From Candidatus Latescibacterota bacterium (lineage in GTDB: Bacteria > Latescibacterota > UBA2968 > GCA-2709665), in NCBI GenBank assembly GCA_965248435.1, contig OZ252100.1, forward strand, positions 3,232,001 through 3,296,000: a stretch of 64,000 nt of DNA, given 5' to 3'. Under the pieces are notes generated by a model. It was not told where the DNA came from, did not search any database, and saw only the letters and a list, made by a program, of their open reading frames with translations. Position numbers and translations under genes: made by a program. Of the stretch, positions 48,515-57,854 are shown one piece after another (position 1 is the first letter of the stretch; the number at the start of each line of letters is the position of its first letter).

Positions 48515-48868
48515 ATGATCAAGCTCAAGCGAATCTACGAAGCGCCGGACGCGGCAGACGGCGAACGATACCTCGTGGAGCGGTTGTGGCCGAGGGGGAT
48601 GAAGCGAGAAAAGGCCTGCCTGGATGAATGGTTAAAAGAACTGGCACCGAGTCCCGATCTTCGAAAGTGGTACGGTCACGACCCATCCAAGTGGCCTGAA
48701 TTTCGAAAGCGGTATCGCGCGGAACTTAAACGGAAAGAGATTCGTGATTCATTGCAAGACCTGGCCCGAAAGGCGAAACGGGGCACGATCACTTTTGTTT
48801 TTGCCGCCAAAGATCAGGAGCGAAACAGCGCTGTGGTTCTCAAAAAAACGATCGAAGGCAGCATATGA
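48515..48868 (+). CDS. DUF488 (YeaO-like) protein
   Basis: I.LKRIYE...DG.RYLVERLWPRG, W.KELAPS..LRKWYGHDP..W.EF..RY. Confidence 0.9.
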   Translation: MIKLKRIYEAPDAADGERYLVERLWPRGMKREKACLDEWLKELAPSPDLRKWYGHDPSKWPEFRKRYRAELKRKEIRDSLQDLARKAKRGTITFVFAAKDQERNSAVVLKKTIEGSI

Positions 48869-48983
48869 GAGGGCGCATATTTCTTACATCGCTAATTATA
48901 TCCTGAGGAGGCCGGGACATCAAGGGAAAAGCCGGCCGACCGGGGCCGATCCAAGAGCGGACTGAGCGGTCCCTGGAGCGCCT

Positions 48984-51900
48984 ATGAGGCAAACGATTGT
49001 CAGATTGTCATTCAAGGTGCCTCCCGAACGCAGGGATGAGTTCGAGGCACTGTATCGGGAAGGGGTCGTACCCATCCTGGAACGGCACGGACTGAAGGTG
49101 AAGCCGGGACCCTTCGCGTGTGCTGACGTGTTCAGTGAGCAGTTTGAAGTGGAGAATCCGGCCGCCGTCGCCAAGAGGCGGGAGGTGCTTCAGGCAGACA
49201 CAACGTGGCAGCAGGTGCTGAGGGAACTGGGGGCTCGCTTTGGGAATGCCGGCGCGGATGGGATGATCCCGACTACTCTGGAGCTGAAGGAGGCCCCTTC
49301 AGGACCCGGGACACCAGCCTTGCTTCAACGCGGGAAAGGGCACTGGCGCACGTTCGACGCGACAGATGGACTCGTGAGTGGGTTTATCATGTCCATTCTT
49401 CAAGACAGAGAAGGCTACCTCTGGTTTGCCGCGTTCGGGGGTGGGGTCAGCCGGTTCGATGGCCAGAGCTTCACGACCCTCACCACGAAGGAGGGATTGG
49501 CACACAACGAGGTCTCGGCGATTTTCCAGGACGGGGATGGAAATCTCTGGTTTGGCACCGAGGGCGGGGTCAGCATGTACGATGGGAAGAGCTTTGTCAA
49601 TTACACGACGAAGGATGGGTTGCCGAACGATGAAGTCTCCGCGGTTTATGAGGACCAGGACGGAAGTCTGTGGTTCGGGACCGACGAAGGGGTCTGCCGG
49701 TTTGACGGCCAGGCATTCACGACCCTTACCAAGGAGGATGGTCTTGTCGGCAATTCCGTGACTGTCATTTTTCAGGATCAAAACGGTCATTTCTGGTTTG
49801 GAACCGAGGTGGGCCTCAGCCGATACAACGGTCGAATTTTCACCTCATTCACGACTCGAGAGGGTCTGCCGGATAACTGGATCCTTTCGATCTTCTGTGA
49901 CAGGGATGGAGATTTGTGGTTTGGGACGTACTCGGCTGGTGTGAGTCGATTTGACGGGGAGAACTTTACGAATTTCGGCGTGGAAGATGGCCTGGTGAGT
50001 GTCGGGGTCAACTCGGTTTTCCAGGATCGGGAGGGGTGTCTATGGTTCGGGACGTTCGGAGGCGCGAGCTGCTACGACGGTGAGACCTTTACGAACTTCA
50101 CAGAGAGGGACGGGCTGGCGAATGACCGAGTCTGGTCGATCATTCAGGACCTTGAAGGACATTTCTGGTTCGGCACGTTAAGCGGCGTGAATCGGTATGA
50201 CGGCGAGACGTTTACGACCCTGATCGCAGGGGAGGACGATGCTGAGCGTAGCGTTTTTTGCTTTTTGGATGATCGGGACCACAATGTCTGGTTCGCCCCC
50301 TGGGGAGGCGCAACGCGCGGCGTAACGCGCTACGATGGTCGATCCTTCCACACGTTTGGGGAAAGAGATGGACTACCCGGTAGCATGGTGAGCTCGATGT
50401 TTCAAGATATGCAGGGCAACCTCTGGTTCGGAACCTGGGGCGATGGAGTCGTGCGATATGACGGTAAGACGTTCAGGACGTTCAGCGAAAATGACGGCCT
50501 TGCACACAATATGGTGAGGACGATCGATCAGGACTCGGACGGCATCTTCTGGTTCGGCACATTTGTCGGGTTGAGCCGCTATGATCCTCGCCAAGGTTCG
50601 GGACAGGGTCGCTTCAAGACGTTCACCACCCGCGATGGCCTGGCGCACGATCGAATCCGAGCCAGCCTGACGGACGGGGACGGAAACCTGTGGATCGGAA
50701 CCTTCGGGGGTGTAAGCCGATTTGACCCGTTGACGAGCACGGGGGATTCTGGCCCGACGTTCACGACAGAAGACGGACTGGCTTCAAACAGCATCTGGAC
50801 GATCTACCAGGATCGTGACGAAAACGTTTGGTTTGGGACCGGCGGGAGCGGCGTCACGCGTTTTGACGGCGAGTCTTTCGAGACGTTCACTTCTAAGGAG
50901 GGTCTTGCGGCAGACCATGTCTGGTCCATTCTGCAGGATGAGGACGGGGTGCTCTGGTTCGGAACAAGCGGCGGGGGCGTGAGTCGATACGACGGACAGG
51001 TCTTTCAAACACTCACGCAAGAGGATGGCCTGGCTGGCAACACAGTGGGTGCGATGCTGCAGGATCGTAAAGGGAGACTCTGGTTCGGTCTGGACAGCGG
51101 CATCACGCGCTATCGACCCATTTCGCCCTCGCCTCCTGCGATGTTCATCGATGCCGTGGCCGCGGACCAGAGATATGAACGGCCTTCAGAGGTCGAAGTT
51201 GCTGAGGCTACAGGTCTGGTCGCGATCGAATTTCACGGGATGAGTTTCAAGACACGGCCTGAGGCCATGGTCTATCGATATCGACTGAAGGGATTTGAGG
51301 AGGAATGGAGAAACACTCATCTGGGTCGCGTGGAGTACGAGCGTCTTCCAACCGGGAGCTACATCTTTGAAGTCGTCTTTGTGGATCGAGACCTGATCTA
51401 TACCGTTCCCGAACGTGTTCGACTGACGGTTGTAAAGGACACACGTGATGAACAGATCGATGAGCTGGAGCAGCGCGTTCAAGAGCGCACCCGCGAGTTG
51501 CGAGAGAAACAGGCCCAGCTTGTACAGTCAGAGAAGATGGCGGCGCTGGGCAATCTGGTGGCTGGCGTTGCCCACGAGATCAACAACCCGATAGGCGCCA
51601 TCAACAGCGCCATCGATGTGTTGAAGCGATGCGTGGATAGAATGGTGGACGTGATAGATCGGAGCGAAGGCGGGCCTGCGATCAAGGAAAACAGCCGGTT
51701 TCAGAGGCTGCTGAGGCTGTTTGGAGAGAATAATCAGACCGCGGCAACCGCCGGGGAGCGCATTACAGAGACAGTGCAGAGTTTGAAGAACTTTGCGCGC
51801 CTGGATGAGTCCGAGTTCAAGAAGGCGGATCTTCGAGAGGGAATCGAAAACATCCTGAATCTTTTCCAGCGCGAATTCGACGGCCGAATCTCGGTCGTCA

Positions 51901-52256
51901 AGCGGCTAGACAACATTCCCCAGATCTACTGCCAGCCGGGAGAGCTGAACCAGGTGTTCATGAACGTTTTGAGGAACGCGATTCAGTCGATTGAGGAGTC
52001 GGGGACGATCACGATCGAGACGTTCGAGGAATCTCCCGATGTCGTCGTCAAGATTTCAGACACGGGGAAAGGCATTCCGCCAGAACATTTGGACAAGATC
52101 TTCGACCCCGGGTTCACCACCCTCGGGGTCGGAGTAGGGACGGGTCTGGGTCTTTCCATCAGCTACAACATAGTGCAAAAACATAGCGGAAATATCGCGG
52201 TCGACAGCACGATCGGCGAGGGGTCCACGGTCACGGTCAGGATTCCGGCTGGATAA
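48984..52256 (+). CDS. Sensor histidine kinase: N-terminal alpha/beta domain, 14 Reg_prop repeats, Y_Y_Y, HisKA, HATPase; no TM segment
   Basis: 14 repeats of DGL..N.V..I.QD..G.LWFGT.GG..RYDG, then YRYRLKG..W....Y..L..G.Y.FEV, EKMAALG.LVAGVAHEINNP, NQVFMN..RNA, DTGKGI, FTT...GTGLGL. Confidence 0.92.
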   Translation: MRQTIVRLSFKVPPERRDEFEALYREGVVPILERHGLKVKPGPFACADVFSEQFEVENPAAVAKRREVLQADTTWQQVLRELGARFGNAGADGMIPTTLELKEAPSGPGTPALLQRGKGHWRTFDATDGLVSGFIMSILQDREGYLWFAAFGGGVSRFDGQSFTTLTTKEGLAHNEVSAIFQDGDGNLWFGTEGGVSMYDGKSFVNYTTKDGLPNDEVSAVYEDQDGSLWFGTDEGVCRFDGQAFTTLTKEDGLVGNSVTVIFQDQNGHFWFGTEVGLSRYNGRIFTSFTTREGLPDNWILSIFCDRDGDLWFGTYSAGVSRFDGENFTNFGVEDGLVSVGVNSVFQDREGCLWFGTFGGASCYDGETFTNFTERDGLANDRVWSIIQDLEGHFWFGTLSGVNRYDGETFTTLIAGEDDAERSVFCFLDDRDHNVWFAPWGGATRGVTRYDGRSFHTFGERDGLPGSMVSSMFQDMQGNLWFGTWGDGVVRYDGKTFRTFSENDGLAHNMVRTIDQDSDGIFWFGTFVGLSRYDPRQGSGQGRFKTFTTRDGLAHDRIRASLTDGDGNLWIGTFGGVSRFDPLTSTGDSGPTFTTEDGLASNSIWTIYQDRDENVWFGTGGSGVTRFDGESFETFTSKEGLAADHVWSILQDEDGVLWFGTSGGGVSRYDGQVFQTLTQEDGLAGNTVGAMLQDRKGRLWFGLDSGITRYRPISPSPPAMFIDAVAADQRYERPSEVEVAEATGLVAIEFHGMSFKTRPEAMVYRYRLKGFEEEWRNTHLGRVEYERLPTGSYIFEVVFVDRDLIYTVPERVRLTVVKDTRDEQIDELEQRVQERTRELREKQAQLVQSEKMAALGNLVAGVAHEINNPIGAINSAIDVLKRCVDRMVDVIDRSEGGPAIKENSRFQRLLRLFGENNQTAATAGERITETVQSLKNFARLDESEFKKADLREGIENILNLFQREFDGRISVVKRLDNIPQIYCQPGELNQVFMNVLRNAIQSIEESGTITIETFEESPDVVVKISDTGKGIPPEHLDKIFDPGFTTLGVGVGTGLGLSISYNIVQKHSGNIAVDSTIGEGSTVTVRIPAG

Positions 52257-52362
52257 AGGGGAGGGTCGGATCTCGGCGTATTTCCACACGCCGGCGAAAC
52301 GTGCTTGAGATCGATCTACCAGTCTGAGGCATCCCCGCGGCCAGGGGGAGCGGAGGTAGGAC

Positions 52363-52968
52363 ATGAGAGAGATCCTTAGAGGCATTCACACCTGGTTCTG
52401 GTTCTCAGAGGAAAAGGGGTTCGATTTCAACGGATGGCTGGTCCTCTCCGATGATGGGAATCTGCTGATCGATCCGCCGCCGATGCGGGATGAGGACGAA
52501 GATCAGATCGCGAAGCTCGGAAGGCCTGCCCACATCATCGTGACAAACCGGGATCACGAACGGGAGATCGCTTCCTGTAGAGATGAGTACGACGCTCAGA
52601 TCTGGATGCACGAGAAGGACGCCACTTTGATCGAGGCGGACCTGGATCACACGTTCGGACACGGGGACATCCTCCCCGGCGGGCTGGAGGTGATCCATAT
52701 CCCGGACAACAAGTCGCCCGGTGAGTCTGCGCTTCTGCTTCGCAGAACACCGGGCGTACTAATTCTGGGTGACGCGCTCATCGGAAACCCTCCAGGAGAA
52801 CTCAACCTGCTACCGGCCGAGAAATACGAAAACATCGCTAAAGCTAGGACCGGGATCGAGGTACTGCTGGACTACGACTTCGATCCTGTTCTGACGAGCG
52901 ACGGAGCACCCATACTCCAGGGGGGAAAGCAGGCCGTTCAAACATTCCTGGACCGGACAAACGACTAA
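52363..52968 (+). CDS. MBL-fold protein with a degenerate metal motif
   Basis: NGWLV....LLIDPP, IIVTNRDHER in place of HxHxDH, KSPGE, ILGDAL. Confidence 0.75.
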   Translation: MREILRGIHTWFWFSEEKGFDFNGWLVLSDDGNLLIDPPPMRDEDEDQIAKLGRPAHIIVTNRDHEREIASCRDEYDAQIWMHEKDATLIEADLDHTFGHGDILPGGLEVIHIPDNKSPGESALLLRRTPGVLILGDALIGNPPGELNLLPAEKYENIAKARTGIEVLLDYDFDPVLTSDGAPILQGGKQAVQTFLDRTND

Positions 52969-52977
52969 CGGAAGCAG

Positions 52978-53388
52978 GTGCTCGTGAACTTAGACGAAAA
53001 GATCGAGGCGTTTCTGGCCAGCGGTCCTTACGCCGTGGTGGGCGCTTCCAGAGATCGCGAAAAGTACGGGAACAAGGTGCTTCGGTGTTATCGACAGCAC
53101 GACCTGACGGCTTACCCGGTAAACCTGAATCAATCGGAGATCGAAGGACTGATTTGCTATCCGCGCCTTGATGCTCTTCCTGAGAGGGTAGAGCGCGTTT
53201 CAATTATTACTCCCCCGGTGATCACCGAGGGCATTGTGGAGGAAGCAGCAGCTGCAGGGGTCGGTCACCTCTGGATGCAGCCCGGTGCAGAGAGCCCCGA
53301 AGCGGTCACCCGAGCCGAATCGCTCGGGCTCTCCGTCATCACGGGCGGCCCCTGCATCCTCGTCACGCTCGGCTACAGTGAGGCCTAG
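52978..53388 (+). CDS. CoA-binding protein (YccU-like)
   Basis: AVVGAS.DREKYG, YPVN, W.QPGAES, GPCILV. Confidence 0.9.
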   Translation: MLVNLDEKIEAFLASGPYAVVGASRDREKYGNKVLRCYRQHDLTAYPVNLNQSEIEGLICYPRLDALPERVERVSIITPPVITEGIVEEAAAAGVGHLWMQPGAESPEAVTRAESLGLSVITGGPCILVTLGYSEA

Positions 53389-53408
53389 CAACGAAAGGGA
53401 CAAGACAG

Positions 53409-54530
53409 ATGTCAAATTCGAAGGTCGGCAGGACCACGATTGTCCATAAAGATGACTTCGCGTACATCTCTCATCCTTCGATTACCAGGCTGGATAACGG
53501 AGCGTGGATCGCAGCCTTCAACCACTCGCGGCGGCGGGAGCCCCGTCAGCATCCCCCCGGCGATCCGCTCTTCCGAACGCTTGTCACTCGAACGAGCGAT
53601 CTGGGTGAAACCTGGGGACCGCCGACGTTTGCTCCTGATTTCGACTGGTACGGTACCGAATGTCCGGGCATCGCTCAACCGAGCGATGGGACCGTGGTTC
53701 TGACGGAAACGCGCATGGCATGGTACCCTCTCGGTTTGGCGAAGCGGCAGCGGGATGAAGGTAAACGGATCGCCATCCACCTTCCGGAGAGAGGCTGGAC
53801 AGAAGCGTTTGAGGATTCGGACTGGGCGGATGCCAGCTATACGTGGGCACGCGGAGAACACGGGCTTTACGCCCATTTGAGTACAGATCTTGGAGAGACG
53901 TTCGAAGAAACGGTCAAGATAGAGACTGGCCCGTTTCAAACAGGCTTTACGCGCACGGGCGTGGTAGAGCTTCAAGATGGACGCGTGGCCTACGCGGTGA
54001 CCGAACATTTGACGCCACACTACGGGAGCTGCTACGTCGTCTTCTCCACAGACTTCGCTCGATCGTGGAGTCCGCCCGTTACGGTTGTCGATCGGCCCGA
54101 AGTCGAGTTTTCTGAACCCCACCTGGCCGAAGTCGGTCCCGGGGAGCTCTATTACATCCTGCGAGAAAGCCGATCTTCAGGGCATCTCTACGGCTGTCGC
54201 TCGAGCGATGGGGGCAGCACCTGGAGCATACCAGAACAAACGTCGATCTACGGCCATCCCGGTCACCTGCTTGTCCTGGAGGACGGCAGGCTCCTCTGCT
54301 CATACGGACGTCGAAAGGAGCCCTTTGGCATCCGTGCGTGCATTTCGGAGGATGGGGGGAGGTCGTGGAAGGTCGAGCGCGAGATCGTGATCCGGCACGA
54401 CCTTCCCAATGGGGACCTGGGTTACCCGACTACGATCGAGTACGAACCGGGCAAGCTATTTTGCTGCTACTACGGGCAGGAACCGGACGGTGTGACGTGT
54501 GTTCAGGGGACCTATTTCAGTCTTGAATAG
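53409..54530 (+). CDS. BNR/Asp-box (sialidase-like) beta-propeller protein
   Basis: Five Asp-boxes (SDLGETW, TDLGETF, TDFARSW, SDGGSTW, EDGGRSW) and a C-terminal DLGYP. No signal peptide. Confidence 0.85.
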   Translation: MSNSKVGRTTIVHKDDFAYISHPSITRLDNGAWIAAFNHSRRREPRQHPPGDPLFRTLVTRTSDLGETWGPPTFAPDFDWYGTECPGIAQPSDGTVVLTETRMAWYPLGLAKRQRDEGKRIAIHLPERGWTEAFEDSDWADASYTWARGEHGLYAHLSTDLGETFEETVKIETGPFQTGFTRTGVVELQDGRVAYAVTEHLTPHYGSCYVVFSTDFARSWSPPVTVVDRPEVEFSEPHLAEVGPGELYYILRESRSSGHLYGCRSSDGGSTWSIPEQTSIYGHPGHLLVLEDGRLLCSYGRRKEPFGIRACISEDGGRSWKVEREIVIRHDLPNGDLGYPTTIEYEPGKLFCCYYGQEPDGVTCVQGTYFSLE

Positions 54531-54552
54531 CAGTTTCGATTTGGAGGGCAAT

Positions 54553-55248
54553 ATGAGAGGGTTCTTATGCCTAATCGTCGCGATGGCCGTTCCGCAACTG
54601 GCCTATGCACATACAGGGGACCAGAGAGAGACGATTGAGGTGACGGCCAGTGCGAGTGTAGATCGGCAGGCAGATCAAGTGCGGCTTACGCTGGCCGTCG
54701 AGACCACCGCCCAGACGGCGGAGGTCGCCTCAGACCGGAATGCGGAGAAGATGAGCGCCCTGATCGGAGCGCTTCGGGCGATGGGGCTGAAAAAGAGTGC
54801 AATTCGGACGCTGGCGTACCGCTTGACGCCGCAGTACGACCGCGGTGAGCGGGGGAACCGGGATCCGGATCCGATCGGATTCATGGCCCAAAACATGGTC
54901 GAGGCGAGGATCGATTCGATTCGGCGCGTCGGTTCGGTGATCGACCGCGCGATCGAGTCAGGAGCGAACCGGGTCAACAGCCTGAACTTTGAGCTGCGAG
55001 AGCCCGAGGAGGCGTATCTGGAAGCGCTAGAAAAGGCAGTGAAGCGCGCAAAGATTCAGGCCGAGGCGATAGCGCGCGCTGCGGGACGCCGTCTCGGGCC
55101 GCCAGTTCGGATCAGCACCTCGGGCGGCCGGCCAGCGCCAAGGGGTGTTTCTGTAAGGGAGTTCCACGCAGCGGCTACGCCGATCGAAGCGGGTCCGATT
55201 CAGGTGAACGCTACCGTTACCGTTCAATACGAAATTGAGGGAGACTGA
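54553..55248 (+). CDS. SIMPL (DUF541) domain protein
   Basis: Signal peptide, I.V.A.A.V...AD...L.LAVET, IRT..Y.L.PQY, GANRVNS, PIEAG...V.A.V.V.Y. A GGAGG RBS is present. Confidence 0.9.
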   Translation: MRGFLCLIVAMAVPQLAYAHTGDQRETIEVTASASVDRQADQVRLTLAVETTAQTAEVASDRNAEKMSALIGALRAMGLKKSAIRTLAYRLTPQYDRGERGNRDPDPIGFMAQNMVEARIDSIRRVGSVIDRAIESGANRVNSLNFELREPEEAYLEALEKAVKRAKIQAEAIARAAGRRLGPPVRISTSGGRPAPRGVSVREFHAAATPIEAGPIQVNATVTVQYEIEGD

Positions 55249-55265
55249 GAATACGTCTGAAATTT

Positions 55266-56429
55266 TCACGTGCTCAGGTTGTGGATCTTTTTCACTTCAC
55301 CTAGAAGATCTGATATGTCCGGCTCTCTCTGCTCAGGGGTCTTCATCGGGTCTTCGAAAAAATCGGCTCCACGTAGCGCCCTGATTGAGTGGTAAACACT
55401 CCAGCTCAGTGCCTCGAGATTATATCCACCCTCCAGAGAAAAGACGATCCTTCCCTCGCATAATTCATCCGCCAGGTCGATCAGGGTCCGTGACATCCAT
55501 CCAAAACCTGAGAGCGATATCCCGAGCTCGGCCAGGGGATCGGCCCAGTGCGCGTCGAACCCAGCAGAGACGATGATCAGTTCCGGCTTGAATCTTCTCA
55601 AGCCGGGTAGCAGGACCTGTTCAAAGACCGCCTTCATCGCGTTGTCCTCGACACCTGGGGGTATCGGGATATTTAAGGTTGCTCCGGTTCCTTCTCCCCG
55701 CCCGATTTCTTCCACCATTCCTGTACCGGGAAACAATGGATGCTGGTGGACGGACGCGAAGAACACACTCGGGTCTGCCTCGAATATGGCCTGCGTGCCG
55801 TTCCCGTGGTGGACGTCGAAATCCGCGATCGCCACACGGGTGAGCTCACCCTGGGTTTGAGCGGCCCTGGCCGCGGCAGCTACGTTGTTGACTAAACAGA
55901 AGCCCATGGACCGATCAGGGAGGGCGTGGTGTCCTGGGGGACGGACCAGGGCGAAGCCGTTGCGGATCTGGCCCCTCGTAACGGCCAGAGTGAGGTCTAT
56001 CAGGCCGCCGACCGCGTGAGTCGCCGCCTCGAAGCTTCGAGGCGTAAGGTAGGTGTCCGGATCCAGGTATCTGTAGCCTTCCTGTATCGACTTTCTGATA
56101 GTCTCCAAGTATGTGGGTGCGTGGACGGCAGTGAGCTCTGCTTCTGTGGCTGGGCGAGCGGGAACCGACTCCAGGGCGTCCAGTGCCCGATAAAGCTTCA
56201 AGTGCGCCATGATGGCTTCGAGTCTTCCGGCGTGCTCGGGAGAGACTGACACCGTGTGTTCGAGGAAGATAGGGTCGTAGACATAACCGTTAATGAGCGG
56301 ACCCACTTCCTGGTGTTCGAAAACGGGTGCAGTAGGACCGGAGCAGGAAAGCAGGGCACTCCCCTGAAACAGTCCCGCGCCCAGAATTCCGAGGTCTCTC
56401 AGGAACTCCCGTCTTGATTTTGGTAACAT
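55266..56429 (-). CDS. Histone deacetylase family (HDAC/AcuC/AphA) protein with Tat signal and lipobox
   Basis: SRREFL plus a hydrophobic stretch and LLSC, then RPPGHHA, GFC, DFDVHHGNGTQ, SAGFDAH..DP, EGGY. Confidence 0.92.
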   Translation of the reverse strand: MLPKSRREFLRDLGILGAGLFQGSALLSCSGPTAPVFEHQEVGPLINGYVYDPIFLEHTVSVSPEHAGRLEAIMAHLKLYRALDALESVPARPATEAELTAVHAPTYLETIRKSIQEGYRYLDPDTYLTPRSFEAATHAVGGLIDLTLAVTRGQIRNGFALVRPPGHHALPDRSMGFCLVNNVAAAARAAQTQGELTRVAIADFDVHHGNGTQAIFEADPSVFFASVHQHPLFPGTGMVEEIGRGEGTGATLNIPIPPGVEDNAMKAVFEQVLLPGLRRFKPELIIVSAGFDAHWADPLAELGISLSGFGWMSRTLIDLADELCEGRIVFSLEGGYNLEALSWSVYHSIRALRGADFFEDPMKTPEQREPDISDLLGEVKKIHNLST

Positions 56430-56648
56430 TTCTAAAGAATTAGACCCCAAGTCCTTCCAGGAATCGACCCAACCCTTCCTTTGCGCCTCCGATCCAGGGG
56501 CTGCCGTGGCCTACCAGACAGCTTGTAACCTTGGTCGAATGGCACTGCCCCCTTCTCCCATTTAACTCGTGAAGGCCACTTCTGTTGCACCAGACCTTCT
56601 CGTCGAAAGCGGCGGCGATTTCGACGCTGTCTCTGTCGTGAAGACGAT

Positions 56649-57845
56649 TCAGGCCTCGGGGGAAAGTCGGGCGAGTGGCTCGGGACAGACGTTCGGGCGG
56701 ACGGCCTTCTGGAGTCGCTTGATCTCCCGCTCAACCTCCAGCACCTGACGACGGGCGTCGTGGACGGCGACGGTCAGGTGAAAACGGCGGGTCTCCCCGC
56801 CCTCGAGATTCACGACCCGACTTTTGCTCCGTTCGAAGGGTTTGGCGTTCGGAAAGTTGGTCGCAGGCTCGAGTCCTGTCACGTAGCCGTCCGCAGCCGT
56901 GTGCTTCCACAAGGTGAAGCAGGGCATTTCGCGGAGGGAGAATCGTAAGGAAGCGCCCAAATCGCCCTGTTTGTTTTTGAGCAGCGCGACTGTCTCGCGA
57001 CTTCCCCGACGTCCTGCAAGATCGAAGAAATAGACCTGCTCGACGAACCCTGGCTTCGGTCCGGCAATCCGGTCGAGGGTCTTGATCTGCTTCTGGGCGT
57101 GCGAATCGCGCGGAGAAACCGTTTTGATCGGCGCGAGGACTCTGGACCCAGACTCGAGAAGCGGCGTGCCAAAGTTGCAGTGATAGAGCAGCTGCATCTC
57201 GCCGGATGACCGGTTCAGGTTAGTCACTTCATCCGAGATGGTCAGTGCGTTTGACCCCACGTTAGTGGAAATTCGGGAGGTGAGGCGCAGTGCCGGACCG
57301 AACATCATCGTCTCGTCGACGGTCCCGATCACTGTGATGCGGTAAGGCGGTGTCCTTTCGATCTGGACTTCTACGCGCCTGGCCGGGAGGTTCGCAATTC
57401 TGCCGTGCAGCGGCAGGGAGACCTGCGATTCGTTTCCGTTGTTGTCGATGATCGTGTCGATCGTGGGCGCACCGTTGTTGGTGAGCCCGCATCGGACGAT
57501 CCACTCGTTGAACCCTTTCAGCCAACCGAGACCGCCGAGGTCGTTCAACTCGACGAGGGAGGGATGAACCAGTTCCTTTACTGGAGATTCCCACCCCAGA
57601 TGAATGCCCCTGTAGGCCCCTTTCCAGATGCCCATGCCGCGCGTGGGAACGATGTGAAAGGAGAGCTGACCGTTGTCCACCGTCAGGAGATCGATACCGT
57701 CCTGAAGACCGCCCTTGAGCGTTATCTTCTCTACCGACCAGTCCTGTCCGGCATCCAGAGGGAGCACATCTTCATCTATCCTGACGGATTCGGACCAGAC
57801 TCCGCACTCCACATCCGTCAACACAAAACTGTTTACAGAGTCCAC
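56649..57845 (-). CDS. DUF4432 / aldose 1-epimerase family protein
   Basis: L.GGLQDG, PTRGMGI, RCGL...GAP, LHGRIAN.PA, LLYHCNFG.PLL, YVTGLEPATN. Confidence 0.88.
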   Translation of the reverse strand: MDSVNSFVLTDVECGVWSESVRIDEDVLPLDAGQDWSVEKITLKGGLQDGIDLLTVDNGQLSFHIVPTRGMGIWKGAYRGIHLGWESPVKELVHPSLVELNDLGGLGWLKGFNEWIVRCGLTNNGAPTIDTIIDNNGNESQVSLPLHGRIANLPARRVEVQIERTPPYRITVIGTVDETMMFGPALRLTSRISTNVGSNALTISDEVTNLNRSSGEMQLLYHCNFGTPLLESGSRVLAPIKTVSPRDSHAQKQIKTLDRIAGPKPGFVEQVYFFDLAGRRGSRETVALLKNKQGDLGASLRFSLREMPCFTLWKHTAADGYVTGLEPATNFPNAKPFERSKSRVVNLEGGETRRFHLTVAVHDARRQVLEVEREIKRLQKAVRPNVCPEPLARLSPEA

Positions 57846-57854
57846 GTTCGCTCC

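Noticed and set aside
56450-56648. Possible riboswitch (GGCGCAAAG resembles c-di-GMP-I) upstream of the HDAC gene
   Set aside because: The GGCAAAC/GAAA tetraloop and P2 context are not recognisable. An Rfam cmscan would decide.
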